A stretch of DNA of 64,000 bases from an uncultured Planctomycetota bacterium (GCA_903847315.1 CAINDG010000041.1:30285-94284), one strand, 5' to 3'; counted from the stretch's first letter, positions 17,985 through 26,670 are shown. Translations and numbers: made by a program. Notes: a model not told the origin generated them from the letters alone.

Positions 17985-18248
17985 AACCTCAGAAAAAATC
18001 TGCGAATCGTAACTGCAAGGCAAAACGCCCTGAACAGAAAATCAAAAACCTCGACTGGTTTTATCGGCGTTACAATTAGCCGCATCAGGGGAAAGAATTA
18101 TTGCGTGGGATGGTTTCAAATCAGCAATGGCAGAGCCCCGTCATTCAGCATGCCCGATAGTCCCGAAAACAGAGTCATCGCCGCCTTTGTCCACGATAAA
18201 CTTGTTTTGCAGGCGAAAGAAGAGGAATACGCGCCGCTGAATAATTGA
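17985..18248 (+). pseudogene. 5'-truncated paralogue of the HNH-AP2 gene (AP2 part only)
   Basis: 17985-18242 aligns without indels to 14859-15116. The ends are near-identical and the middle is diverged. It encodes NLRIVTARQNALNRKSKTSTGFIGVTISRIRGK...EEEYAPLNN. The HNH N-terminal half and any credible start are missing. Confidence 0.65.
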
Positions 18249-18279
18249 CAACCCTTCTCAATCAGGTAAACTGCTAATA

Positions 18280-18519
18280 ATGAACGATGACATCGAAAGA
18301 AATCTCGGTCCGCAGCCTATTGCGGGCATTATGACAAGGCTCAATTTAAAGCCGCACGATCTCGTAGCGGCTTTGCCGCCGCAGCAGCTTACGCATAAAA
18401 TGGTTTCAAGGGCCTGTAAAGGCAGAAAGCTGACCGACAAAAGCAAATCCAAGGTTCTAAATGCCCTAAACCTTGCCGCCAAAAAGAACTACACACTAAG
18501 CGATCTTTTTAACTACTAA
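18280..18519 (+). CDS. Small hypothetical protein
   Basis: 79-aa ORF with host-like composition and no recognised motif. Confidence 0.4.
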   Translation: MNDDIERNLGPQPIAGIMTRLNLKPHDLVAALPPQQLTHKMVSRACKGRKLTDKSKSKVLNALNLAAKKNYTLSDLFNY

Positions 18520-18567
18520 CGACAGTCTCTTGCTAATCGGCTGTAATTACTGTATCCTAATCTGATT

Positions 18568-19191
18568 ATGATTAAGAATCTAAAAGGGCAATTCATAGTT
18601 CTCGACGGGCCGGACGGCTGCGGAAAAAGCTCACAAGTCAAACTATTGGCGCGATACATCACAAAAAATAAGATAAAGACCTCCTGTTTTCGCGACCCCG
18701 GCTCGACTGCCACTGGCGAGAAAATCCGAAAAATCCTGCTCGACCCCGCCAACCATATCGGCGACAGGACGGAACTGCTTCTTTATATGGCAAGCCGCGC
18801 CCAGCTCTGGCAGGAATGTATCGTGCCCGCGCTGAAAAAGAAAAATTGCGTATTGCTCGACCGCTGGCTGTCGAGCACCTGCGCCTATCAGGGCTTTGCC
18901 GGCGGTCTGGGAATCGCGAAAGTTCTGGATATTGCAGAGCATTCGCTTCAAAGAGTTTGGCCTGACCTTACGATTATTCTCGATGTTGACCTTAAAACGG
19001 CAAGACAAAGAATGAATCGGTCATTTGACAGGATGGAGCAGAAGACAATCGCATATCACAAAAAAGTGCGGGCAGGTTTTCTTGAGCTTGCCGAGTTCCG
19101 CGACGACATCGTTGTGATAGACGCAAGGGACGATATTAAAAAAGTACATAAAAAAATTGTTCAAATAATTGAAAAACATTTCAATTCTTAA
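18568..19191 (+). CDS. tmk: Thymidylate kinase
   Basis: P-loop FIVLDGPDGCGKSSQ, the DRW motif (LLDRWLSSTCAYQG), and a conserved position upstream of holB. Confidence 0.9.
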   Translation: MIKNLKGQFIVLDGPDGCGKSSQVKLLARYITKNKIKTSCFRDPGSTATGEKIRKILLDPANHIGDRTELLLYMASRAQLWQECIVPALKKKNCVLLDRWLSSTCAYQGFAGGLGIAKVLDIAEHSLQRVWPDLTIILDVDLKTARQRMNRSFDRMEQKTIAYHKKVRAGFLELAEFRDDIVVIDARDDIKKVHKKIVQIIEKHFNS

Positions 19192-19197
19192 AAATAT

Positions 19198-20292
19198 ATG
19201 AATCTTTCTGATATTTTTTGCCAAAACAAGGCTGTCAATACTCTTCAACGAGCATTTGCCGGCGGCAAATCGGCGCACGCTTATATATTCGAAGGTACCG
19301 ACGGCGTCGGCAAATATACTACGGCCATTGCGTTCGCCAAACTCTTACTCTGCAAATCGCCGGCAAATAATGACGGCTGCGGCAAATGCCCTTCGTGTCT
19401 CGCGCTCGATTCGGATACTCATCCGGACTTTCATCATATTTACAAAGAACTAATCCAGCTCAACAGTGACTCCCAAAAAAGGAAAAGACAGGCGATAGAC
19501 CTGCCGATAGATGTTATTCGCGATTTTCTTATTGCGAAGGTTCAATTAAAGCCGACACTTTCAGCCTCGAAAATTTTTATCGTAAGCGAAGCGGAAAAAC
19601 TCAATCCCGAAAGTCAGAACGCGCTTTTAAAAACGCTTGAAGAGCCGCCGAACGGAAGTTTCGTCATATTGCTCTGCACTAAACTCGATAATCTTTTGCC
19701 GACAACGAGGTCGCGGTGCCAGATAGTTCATTTTGGCCCGCTGAGTGATGAAAAAATAATCGAAAAACTTTCCGCCAGCGGCGTTAATAAACAGGAAGCG
19801 AAATTCTGGGCAAGACTTACAGGCGGAAGTTTAGGACAGGCTTTAATTTTTACAAAGCTTGAGCCGTCGTTTTATGAAATTAAAAAAGAATTTCTCGTTC
19901 GTTTCTGCAAATCTGAGCTTGCCGATGTCGTGGATTTTGCGCAGTGGATAAATTCAACCGCTTCTCAACTGACAGCATCATGGCAGAAGATAAAGCCCGA
20001 CTCGAGCAAGGCTGATTTGGGCAGGGGCGCAAAAAAAGTCTTTGCCGCGATAGCGATTTCCGCTTTTGCCGATGCGATGAAGGCTTCTGCAGGCAGTGAC
20101 GAGAAGATGACGAATTTCGACCAGCCCGGCCAGATAAAGACACTTGCCGCCAGGTTCAGTCCGCAGGATTGCGCAGAGATGGTTGAGAAGTGCTATGAAA
20201 CAATCCGGTTTATAGACGCTTCGGTCAATGAAAAGCTTGTTTTTGAGCATTTGTTGCTGAATTGCGCAGATTCTGGTATAATAAAGAATTAG
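19198..20292 (+). CDS. holB: DNA polymerase III delta' subunit
   Basis: AHAYIFEGTDGVGKYTTA, the zinc module CGKCPSCLALDSDTHPDF, and the SRC motif TTRSRCQ. Confidence 0.85.
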   Translation: MNLSDIFCQNKAVNTLQRAFAGGKSAHAYIFEGTDGVGKYTTAIAFAKLLLCKSPANNDGCGKCPSCLALDSDTHPDFHHIYKELIQLNSDSQKRKRQAIDLPIDVIRDFLIAKVQLKPTLSASKIFIVSEAEKLNPESQNALLKTLEEPPNGSFVILLCTKLDNLLPTTRSRCQIVHFGPLSDEKIIEKLSASGVNKQEAKFWARLTGGSLGQALIFTKLEPSFYEIKKEFLVRFCKSELADVVDFAQWINSTASQLTASWQKIKPDSSKADLGRGAKKVFAAIAISAFADAMKASAGSDEKMTNFDQPGQIKTLAARFSPQDCAEMVEKCYETIRFIDASVNEKLVFEHLLLNCADSGIIKN

Positions 20293-20319
20293 AAACTTAA
20301 AGTGCAGAGTTAAAAACTT

Positions 20320-21375
20320 ATGAACGATACAGAAGCAAAACCGAAACCCAGCCATCATCCCGCTGAGAAAAAGATGCTCGTCCGTTACGGCAAAACCAGC
20401 CTCCTCGGTTGGTTTACGCACGAAGAGAAGAATATGCCAAAGGCGTTGAGCAAAGTGATGATAAAGACTGACAGGGGCCTTGAAATCGGCGAGGTGGTCG
20501 GAAGGTTCTGCTACAAGGCGGGGGTTTTTAAGAAAAGTGAGGAAGCCGTCGTTGATTATTACGGTGCCGGGATTGAGGAATCTCCTGTAACGATTGGCGG
20601 CAGATTTGTCCGCTATGCGACGGACCAGGACCTCAGCGAAGAGCATCATATAAATATTGGCGCCAAAGAAGAGCTTAAAAGATGTGTGCAGTTCATAAAA
20701 GAATTGAATTTACCGATGAAGCTTGTCGATATCGAGCATATCTTTGGCGGCGAGAGGATAATTTTTTATTTTACATCTGAGACCAGGATCGACTTCCGCC
20801 AGCTTGTCAAAAGGCTTGCCAAGGAGTTTCAGACTCGAATCGAAATGAGGCAGGTCGGCTCCAGAGACGCCGCCAAAATCGCCGCCGATATCGAAGTCTG
20901 TGGAGAGCAATGTTGTTGCCAGAGGTTTTTGAAGATTTTGAAGCCGGTGAATATGAAGATGGCGAAACTTCAAAAAGCGACGCTGGACCCGTCGAAGATT
21001 TCCGGGTACTGCGGCAGGCTTAAATGCTGCCTGAGATACGAAGACCATACCTACAGAGACCTTGTCAGACGGCTGCCAAGGAAACGAACACGAGTGAAAA
21101 CGGCACATGGCGAAGGTATTGTAGTCGATGCACAAATCCTGACACAGCTTGTCTCCATAAAGAAGGATGACGGGACGGTTTTTGCCGTGCCGGTTGACGA
21201 AATAGAAATCCTTCAGCCTCCGCAAAATTATCCTACTCCCGAAGGACGGGACGAAGCCGACGAGACGGAACTCGAAGATTATGATGAAAAATCCGACCGA
21301 CGGCAGGATTCAGATAAAGATATCGACGAAGAGCCGCCACGAGAAGACAACCCTACTACACAGCCGGAGCAGTAA
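20320..21375 (+). CDS. PSP1 domain protein (YaaT/RicT-like) with an acidic C-terminal tail
   Basis: It has a PSP1 core (EHIFGGERIIFYFTSETRIDFRQLVKRLAKEFQTRIEMRQVG) and a Cys cluster (CGEQCCCQ, CGRLKCCLRYE). It sits in the canonical tmk-holB-yaaT-metG position. Confidence 0.8.
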   Translation: MNDTEAKPKPSHHPAEKKMLVRYGKTSLLGWFTHEEKNMPKALSKVMIKTDRGLEIGEVVGRFCYKAGVFKKSEEAVVDYYGAGIEESPVTIGGRFVRYATDQDLSEEHHINIGAKEELKRCVQFIKELNLPMKLVDIEHIFGGERIIFYFTSETRIDFRQLVKRLAKEFQTRIEMRQVGSRDAAKIAADIEVCGEQCCCQRFLKILKPVNMKMAKLQKATLDPSKISGYCGRLKCCLRYEDHTYRDLVRRLPRKRTRVKTAHGEGIVVDAQILTQLVSIKKDDGTVFAVPVDEIEILQPPQNYPTPEGRDEADETELEDYDEKSDRRQDSDKDIDEEPPREDNPTTQPEQ

Positions 21376-23409
21376 ATGAGCAGAAAAATTGTCGTTACCT
21401 CCGCACTTCCTTACGCAAACGGCCCAATTCATATAGGCCATCTTGTAGAATATCTGCAGACTGATATATGGGTCAGATTCCAAAAGGCCAACGGCAATCA
21501 GTGCCTGTACTTCTGCGCCGACGATACGCACGGTACGCCAATAATGATTAAGGCACGAGCCGAGGGCGTAGAGCCTGAAGAACTTATAAAAAAGGTTTAT
21601 GCCGAGCATACGAGAGATTTTAAAAAGTTTCATATCGAATTCGATAATTATTACTCCACACATTCGGAAGAAAATAAGCAGTTAAGCGCACTGATTTTCA
21701 ACCGGCTTGTGGAAAAAGGCTCAATAATAAAGGGCGAAATCGAGCAGGCATACTGCGACGGCTGCAAGATGTTTCTGCCGGACAGGTTTATTCGAGGCAT
21801 CTGTCCGAAATGCAAGGCGGAAAATCAGTACGGCGATTCATGCGATGCCTGCGGGGCGACGTATCAGCCGACGGATTTAATAAAGCCTGCCTGCGCGACC
21901 TGCGGCAAAGAGCCGGTGAGGAAAAAAAGCATTCATTACTTTTTCAGGCTTGCGGATTTTCAGCAGAAATTAAAAGAGCTTATGGCGGGCGGATATACCG
22001 GCAAAAGCGTTTCCAATAAACTCGATGAATGGTTCGCGGCAGGTTTGAAGGATTGGGATATTTCAAGGGACGGGCCTTACTTCGGGTTCAAAATACCCGG
22101 CGAAGAAAATAAATTTTTCTACGTCTGGCTCGATGCGCCGATAGGTTATATAGCAAGCTGCAAAAATTACTGTGATAAAAACGGTCTCGATTTTGAAAAG
22201 GTCTGGAATAGTAACGAATACGAACTTTATCATTTCATCGGCAAAGATATTATGTATTTTCACGCCCTGTTCTGGCCTGCGATGCTGATGGGCAGCGGCT
22301 TTAAAATCGCAAAAAGACTTTTCGTGCACGGATTTCTCACCGTCAACGGCGAAAAGATGAGCAAGTCCAAGGGTACTTTCATAAAAGCAGAGACTTATGC
22401 CAAATATCTCGACCCGGAATACCTGCGGTATTATTACGCAAGTAAACTTTCCGGCGGGGTGGAAGATATAGATTTGAGTCTCGATGATTTTGTTGCAAAA
22501 GTGAATTCCGACCTTATCGGCAAACTTGCTAATCTGGCCAGCAGGTCGGCGCCGATGCTGACGGGCAAACTCGACTCGATGCTCGGAACAATCGACCAGA
22601 CAGGCAAAAAATTAATACATCAACTTGTCGCGGCCAAAGAAGAAATAATAAGCGATTATGAAAATCTTGACTATGCCTCTGTTATCAGGCAGGTAACACT
22701 GCTCGCAGATGCGGCGAACCGATACGTTGAGACAAACAAGCCGTGGGATGCGATAAAAACCGACAAGGAAAAAACACGCACGATACTGACAACGATTTTA
22801 AACGCGGCGAAAATTCTTACGATATATTTGAAGCCGGTACTGCCGATATTTGCGGAAAAAATAGAAAAAATTCTCAATATCAAGCCTTTGTCGTTCGCTG
22901 ATGTCGAGGGCGTATTGGAAAATCATAAAATAAACGAATATATAAGACTTGCTGAAAGAGTTGATAAGGATAAGGTGCAAGCTATGATAGAAGAAAGCAA
23001 ACCCACACAACCCACACCACCCACAGAACCCACACAACCTATACAGTCCGCTCCAGTTGTTCAGCTTGATGAGCCGATAGCGCCGGAATGTACAATCGAT
23101 GATTTTACGAAAGTTGATCTTCGAGTCGCAAAGGTCGTAAAGGCTGAGGCGGTCGAAGGCGCAAATAAACTTCTACATCTGGAACTTGATATCGGCGGAG
23201 TTAAAAAAAGCGTCTTTGCCGGTATCGCAAAGGCCTATAACCCGGCCGACCTTGTCGGCAGATTAGTTATTTGTGTTGCAAATTTGCAGCCTCGAACGAT
23301 GAAGTTCGGCGTATCGGAAGGAATGATTTTAGCGGCAGGGGCCGGCGGAACGGATATATTTATACTCGGTATAGACAGTGGAGCGAAACCGGGACAAAGA
23401 GTGCACTAA
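21376..23409 (+). CDS. metG: Methionyl-tRNA synthetase with a C-terminal tRNA-binding (Trbp111-like) domain
   Basis: The HIGH motif is PYANGPIHIGHL and the KMSKS motif is present. It has zinc knuckles (CPKCKAENQYGDSCDACG). The C-terminal region is DFTKVDLRVAKVVKAEAVEGANKLL. Confidence 0.95.
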   Translation: MSRKIVVTSALPYANGPIHIGHLVEYLQTDIWVRFQKANGNQCLYFCADDTHGTPIMIKARAEGVEPEELIKKVYAEHTRDFKKFHIEFDNYYSTHSEENKQLSALIFNRLVEKGSIIKGEIEQAYCDGCKMFLPDRFIRGICPKCKAENQYGDSCDACGATYQPTDLIKPACATCGKEPVRKKSIHYFFRLADFQQKLKELMAGGYTGKSVSNKLDEWFAAGLKDWDISRDGPYFGFKIPGEENKFFYVWLDAPIGYIASCKNYCDKNGLDFEKVWNSNEYELYHFIGKDIMYFHALFWPAMLMGSGFKIAKRLFVHGFLTVNGEKMSKSKGTFIKAETYAKYLDPEYLRYYYASKLSGGVEDIDLSLDDFVAKVNSDLIGKLANLASRSAPMLTGKLDSMLGTIDQTGKKLIHQLVAAKEEIISDYENLDYASVIRQVTLLADAANRYVETNKPWDAIKTDKEKTRTILTTILNAAKILTIYLKPVLPIFAEKIEKILNIKPLSFADVEGVLENHKINEYIRLAERVDKDKVQAMIEESKPTQPTPPTEPTQPIQSAPVVQLDEPIAPECTIDDFTKVDLRVAKVVKAEAVEGANKLLHLELDIGGVKKSVFAGIAKAYNPADLVGRLVICVANLQPRTMKFGVSEGMILAAGAGGTDIFILGIDSGAKPGQRVH

Positions 23410-23534
23410 TTTAAAATTTAAGATTTAAAATTTTTGGAACGACCCTCCGACTTCGCACATTCGTGCTGCGACAGACAAGTCGACGCGACAGGCAGAGGAT
23501 ACAGAGATATAAATTTTTCAAAAGAGGATTTACA

Positions 23535-24479
23535 ATGACAGGAAAAAAGGCTTGTCCATTATGCGGAACTGAATGTGACATAAATAGTAGTAGTACTTTT
23601 AATTACAATACCATTGTCTGTCCCGTTTGTGGCGAATATAATCTTGCTGATAGAGCAAAACATTATCTGAACAATCGCAAAGACAATCTTTATATAATTT
23701 CCGGCGTAACACGGAATTTTTATGAAACACAAGACAAGGAAGGCGCCCTCTTTGGCATAACTAATAAAATGATTATGGACGATGCAACATTTCAGGCAGA
23801 ATTCATAAGCAAATCGCCAAAAAGTGTGCTTGAAAAAACATCATTACTTTTACAATACATTGCACGAAACTCAAAACATCCAGGTCATGAGATATTAGTT
23901 GCATTTAATGATTACCCTATATGTTTCTGTAAAAATGCGGAAGAATTGACCTTTCATCTCCGCGGTCTCGAAGATATTGGAGATATTATGAGGTTACACC
24001 GAGTTATAGAAGGATATACCCTTTTTTTGACAGCAAAAGGATGGCAAAGAGTTGAAAATCTTAACAAACCCAATATGGAGTCTAAACAGGCATTTGTGGC
24101 TATGTGGTTTAATGAACAGATGGATGAGCCGTTTGAAAAAGGCATTTTGCCGCTTGAAGACAAAAATGAAACGGGTTTTAAAATGCTCCGTATTGACCAA
24201 AAGCATTTCAATGATAAGATTTGTGATCACATCATTGCTGAAATAAAACAGAGTCGATTTATGATAGCAGATTGCACAGAATTAAGATCTGCTGTCTTTT
24301 TCGAAGCGGGATATGCAATGGGTATGGGATTGCCGGTTGTATTTACATGCAGAGAAGGCACAGATATCAAAAAATGTTTTGACACTGACCATTATAATCA
24401 TATTGTATGGAAAGATGCTGATGATTTGAAAAACAAGCTTAGAGATAGAATACTGGCTACGATAGGGAAAGCTCATTAA
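23535..24479 (+). CDS. Zinc-ribbon protein with a C-terminal nucleoside 2-deoxyribosyltransferase/TIR-like Rossmann domain
   Basis: ATG at 23535 after AGAGGA. The N-terminus carries CPLCG...CPVCG. The C-terminal region is QAFVAMWFNEQMDEPFEKGI...ICDHIIAEIKQSRFMIADCTELRSAVFFEAGYAMGMGLPVVFTC. This matches the FVxMxF...IADxT....NVxYExGyAxGxGxPV pattern as I remember it. The gene is visibly AT-rich. Confidence 0.6.
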   Translation: MTGKKACPLCGTECDINSSSTFNYNTIVCPVCGEYNLADRAKHYLNNRKDNLYIISGVTRNFYETQDKEGALFGITNKMIMDDATFQAEFISKSPKSVLEKTSLLLQYIARNSKHPGHEILVAFNDYPICFCKNAEELTFHLRGLEDIGDIMRLHRVIEGYTLFLTAKGWQRVENLNKPNMESKQAFVAMWFNEQMDEPFEKGILPLEDKNETGFKMLRIDQKHFNDKICDHIIAEIKQSRFMIADCTELRSAVFFEAGYAMGMGLPVVFTCREGTDIKKCFDTDHYNHIVWKDADDLKNKLRDRILATIGKAH

Positions 24480-24547
24480 TAGTTTTATCTCTGGGGGCTC
24501 TATGTTCTCTGTGGCTAAAAAATATATTATTTACTCGGTGGCAAAAA

Positions 24548-24934
24548 ATGAAAAAGAGTATAGAAGAGATTGCCAAACTTGACGGCAGGTATTCGCTGCG
24601 GGCATTTCAGTTTGTTCATGAGGGGCTGGGGTTCAGCGTAAAAAAATATTACGGCTCGGAGGCGGAAGATTCCGGACCTCATCATATAACAGGCAAACAA
24701 CTATGCCTGGGCCTTGCAGAATTTGCCGCTGAAAAGTGGGGCAGGATGGCGAAGGTCACTTTAAATCAGCTCGGCATAAAATCCACACAGGATTTCGGCA
24801 ATATCGTATATCTTATGGTCGAACATAAGTGGATGCACGCCCGGCCGGAAGATACTATCGAAGAGTTTGGTGACGTTTATAACTTCGAAGAGGTTTTTGA
24901 AAAAAATTATCAGTTTTCAAATTCTAAAAATTAA
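24548..24934 (+). CDS. Conserved hypothetical protein, Minf_1886-type (PVC-restricted family, from memory)
   Basis: 128 aa: YSLRAFQFVHEGLGFSVKK...HHITGKQLCLGLAEFAAEKWG...FGNIVYLMVEHKWM. Confidence 0.5.
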   Translation: MKKSIEEIAKLDGRYSLRAFQFVHEGLGFSVKKYYGSEAEDSGPHHITGKQLCLGLAEFAAEKWGRMAKVTLNQLGIKSTQDFGNIVYLMVEHKWMHARPEDTIEEFGDVYNFEEVFEKNYQFSNSKN

Positions 24935-24976
24935 GTATCAAAAAACAAGGTTTGGACTGTTAGGAGATTTGACACT

Positions 24977-25354
24977 ATGAACATCATTCGTATAAAAATT
25001 ATAGCCTTTTGGTTATCATTTCTGCTTTTCTGCCTTTTGCTCTGTTTTTCGTGGAGTTACAGACTTCTGTGGATAGCCATTTTTATTCCTGCAGTGGTGA
25101 TTATCGAACTCATCAAGCCACGGTTGCCAGTTCCACCTTCAAAGATCAGGCTACCTCCAAAGATCAGGCTACTACTTGGGCTGCTTTTGTTCGTATTTGT
25201 GTTTGCGGTGGTAGTTCACGGTTTCCTGTTTCCTCATTCGAGGACTCTATACCTTGTGGTGATAATGCTGCAAGTATTGCTCGCGGTTCCGGTGCTTTGC
25301 TACAAGGCGTATGCCGATTATGTTGCGTTTAGGTCGTCACGCAACGAAAGATAA
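24977..25354 (+). CDS. Small membrane protein, hypothetical
   Basis: 125 aa with about 4 TM segments. It contains a 15-nt tandem duplication encoding PSKIRLPPKIRL. Confidence 0.4.
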   Translation: MNIIRIKIIAFWLSFLLFCLLLCFSWSYRLLWIAIFIPAVVIIELIKPRLPVPPSKIRLPPKIRLLLGLLLFVFVFAVVVHGFLFPHSRTLYLVVIMLQVLLAVPVLCYKAYADYVAFRSSRNER

Positions 25355-25367
25355 TACCAGCGATAAA

Positions 25368-25994
25368 TTATTGTGTATCGTCGGGGTGTTCTTGTCCGAT
25401 TTTAATATCACAAAAACAATTTGGGGCGTGTTTTTTCAGGATTTTGAATATTTCCGTGCAAACAATCCTGATTTCCCACTGGGCCTTGTGACTTGTACGG
25501 ATATTTATAATATGCCGCCATTCTCTGAGATTTGCAGTGACGACAATTTCACTTGTGCAGGCATTCGGCAGGACGAATCTGGCATCCTCTTTTTTTAGTC
25601 CCTTGTCGCGCCATTTTTTGTACATCTGTCTGATAGTTTCCATATCGGCGCGGAATTCATCGACATCTTTTTTTGGTAAAGTTTCAGGAACAACAAAACT
25701 GAAGTTTTCCTCATCAACATATCTTTGAGACTGTTGGGAAACGCTCATTAGCCTGTGCCTGACGAGTTGATGCGTCATTGCGCGGGAGCAGTTTTCAATT
25801 CTGAATGTCGCGCAGGCGTGCTCAAGGGGCGAATCGTGACCCATTTTAATCAATCGCTGAATGAAATCGCTTGCGGAGTCTGCGCCGATTTTATCAAAGC
25901 TCAGGTAGCAGGTTCTGCCGGCCTCTTCAATGAGCTTCTCGGCGTCAGGCGTAATAGCCAGCAGTGTAACTTTCAATTGATGATTTTCATTCAT
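25368..25994 (-). CDS. thyX: FAD-dependent thymidylate synthase ThyX
   Basis: The ThyX signature is RHRLMSVSQQSQRY. I chose the start at MNENHQ (25994). The upstream part of the track ORF is repeat-derived. Confidence 0.9.
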   Translation of the reverse strand: MNENHQLKVTLLAITPDAEKLIEEAGRTCYLSFDKIGADSASDFIQRLIKMGHDSPLEHACATFRIENCSRAMTHQLVRHRLMSVSQQSQRYVDEENFSFVVPETLPKKDVDEFRADMETIRQMYKKWRDKGLKKEDARFVLPNACTSEIVVTANLREWRHIINIRTSHKAQWEIRIVCTEIFKILKKHAPNCFCDIKIGQEHPDDTQ

Positions 25995-26010
25995 ATTAAA
26001 TTTTTCAAAA

Positions 26011-26043
26011 ACAAGATTCTTCGCTGCGCTCAGAATGACAACA
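26011..26043 (+). repeat. Partial copy (3' module) of the local hairpin repeat family
   Basis: ACAAGATTCTTCGCTGCGCTCAGAATGACAACA shares both end modules (GATTCTTC and CGCTCAGAATGACA) with the full copies. Confidence 0.6.
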
Positions 26044-26067
26044 TACGTAAAGGGCGCCATAAAAAAC

Positions 26068-26146
26068 ACGAGACAAGATTCTTCACTGCGCTGCCCTGAT
26101 GCGTCGGGGTCTGCGCTGCAGCTCCGACGCTGCGCTCACAATGACA
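26068..26146 (+). repeat. Full copy of the approximately 75-nt hairpin repeat
   Basis: ACGAGACAAGATTCTTCACTGCGCTGCCCTGATGCGTCGGGGTCTGCGCTGCAGCTCCGACGCTGCGCTCACAATGACA is near-identical to 26597-26670. Confidence 0.7.
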
Positions 26147-26166
26147 AGTTAAAACATTTTCAAAAA

Positions 26167-26226
26167 ACGAGATTCTTCCCCTACAGGGGTCTGCGCTGCG
26201 CCTCCGACGCTTCGCTCAGAATGACA
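26167..26226 (+). repeat. Internally deleted copy of the hairpin repeat
   Basis: ACGAGATTCTTCCCCTACAGGGGTCTGCGCTGCGCCTCCGACGCTTCGCTCAGAATGACA. Confidence 0.65.
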
Positions 26227-26241
26227 AAAAGCTTCTTTAGG

Positions 26242-26257
26242 GTCATTCTGAACGAAG
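26242..26257 (-). repeat. Inverted copy of the repeat terminal module
   Basis: GTCATTCTGAACGAAG is the reverse complement of the CTTCGTTCAGAATGAC module. It can pair with 26211-26226 and it encodes the last codons and the stop of the GIY-YIG gene. Confidence 0.6.
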
Positions 26258-26590
26258 TCCCAATTTATCGGGACGCAGTAAAGAATCCGGGATCATATCA
26301 TACCAGTCCTGACTCAAATCATTCCATTCAGGATTTATACTATTAATTAATTCAATTTTCTTTTTTCTTAGCCATCCTTTTAAAACTTTTTCTCTGGCGA
26401 TAGCAGAAGATATATCATCAAAAGTTTCAAAATAAATTAAGTGCTGAATATTATATTTTTTTGTGAATCCATCAATCAATTTAGATTTATGCTGCCAAAC
26501 ACGCTTTTTAATATTATTTGTGACGCCAATATATAAGGTACCCGATTTATTTGTCATGATATAGACGTAATAATTTTTTGTTCGATTCAT
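26243..26590 (-). CDS. GIY-YIG nuclease family protein (small URI-domain type)
   Basis: NYYVYIMTNKSGTLYIGVTNNIKKRVWQHK...REKVLKGW are the canonical GIY-YIG motifs. Confidence 0.85.
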   Translation of the reverse strand: MNRTKNYYVYIMTNKSGTLYIGVTNNIKKRVWQHKSKLIDGFTKKYNIQHLIYFETFDDISSAIAREKVLKGWLRKKKIELINSINPEWNDLSQDWYDMIPDSLLRPDKLGLRSE

Positions 26591-26596
26591 AATAAA

Positions 26597-26670
26597 ACGA
26601 GATTTTTCACTTCGCTGCCCCGATGCGTCGGGGTCTGCGCTGCGGCTCCGACGCTTCGTTCAGAATGACA
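26597..26670 (+). repeat. Full copy of the approximately 75-nt hairpin repeat
   Basis: ACGAGATTTTTCACTTCGCTGCCCCGATGCGTCGGGGTCTGCGCTGCGGCTCCGACGCTTCGTTCAGAATGACA contains the CCCCGA-TGCG-TCGGGG hairpin. Its last 11 nt supply the final codons and the stop of the 26660-28558 gene. Confidence 0.7.

Noticed and set aside
19978-20649. A 223-aa minus-strand ORF spanning the holB / PSP1 junction.
   Set aside because: It overlaps two well-supported plus-strand genes and has no motifs, so it is an antisense artefact.
22984-23045. A PTQPTPPTEPTQP proline/threonine repeat in metG as a separate feature.
   Set aside because: It is a low-complexity linker between the synthetase core and the C-terminal tRNA-binding domain, not an independent element.
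25098-25180. A 15-nt tandem duplication (CAAAGATCAGGCTAC x2) as a regulatory repeat.
   Set aside because: It lies inside a plausible membrane-protein ORF and simply duplicates five codons (KIRLP). There is no evidence for a separate function.
26011-26670. A possible CRISPR array, because of the closely spaced direct repeats.
   Set aside because: The repeat units are about 75 nt and of variable completeness, with irregular spacing. One spacer is a whole GIY-YIG gene, there are no cas genes, and the copies overlap gene ends. This fits REP/MITE-like elements rather than CRISPR.
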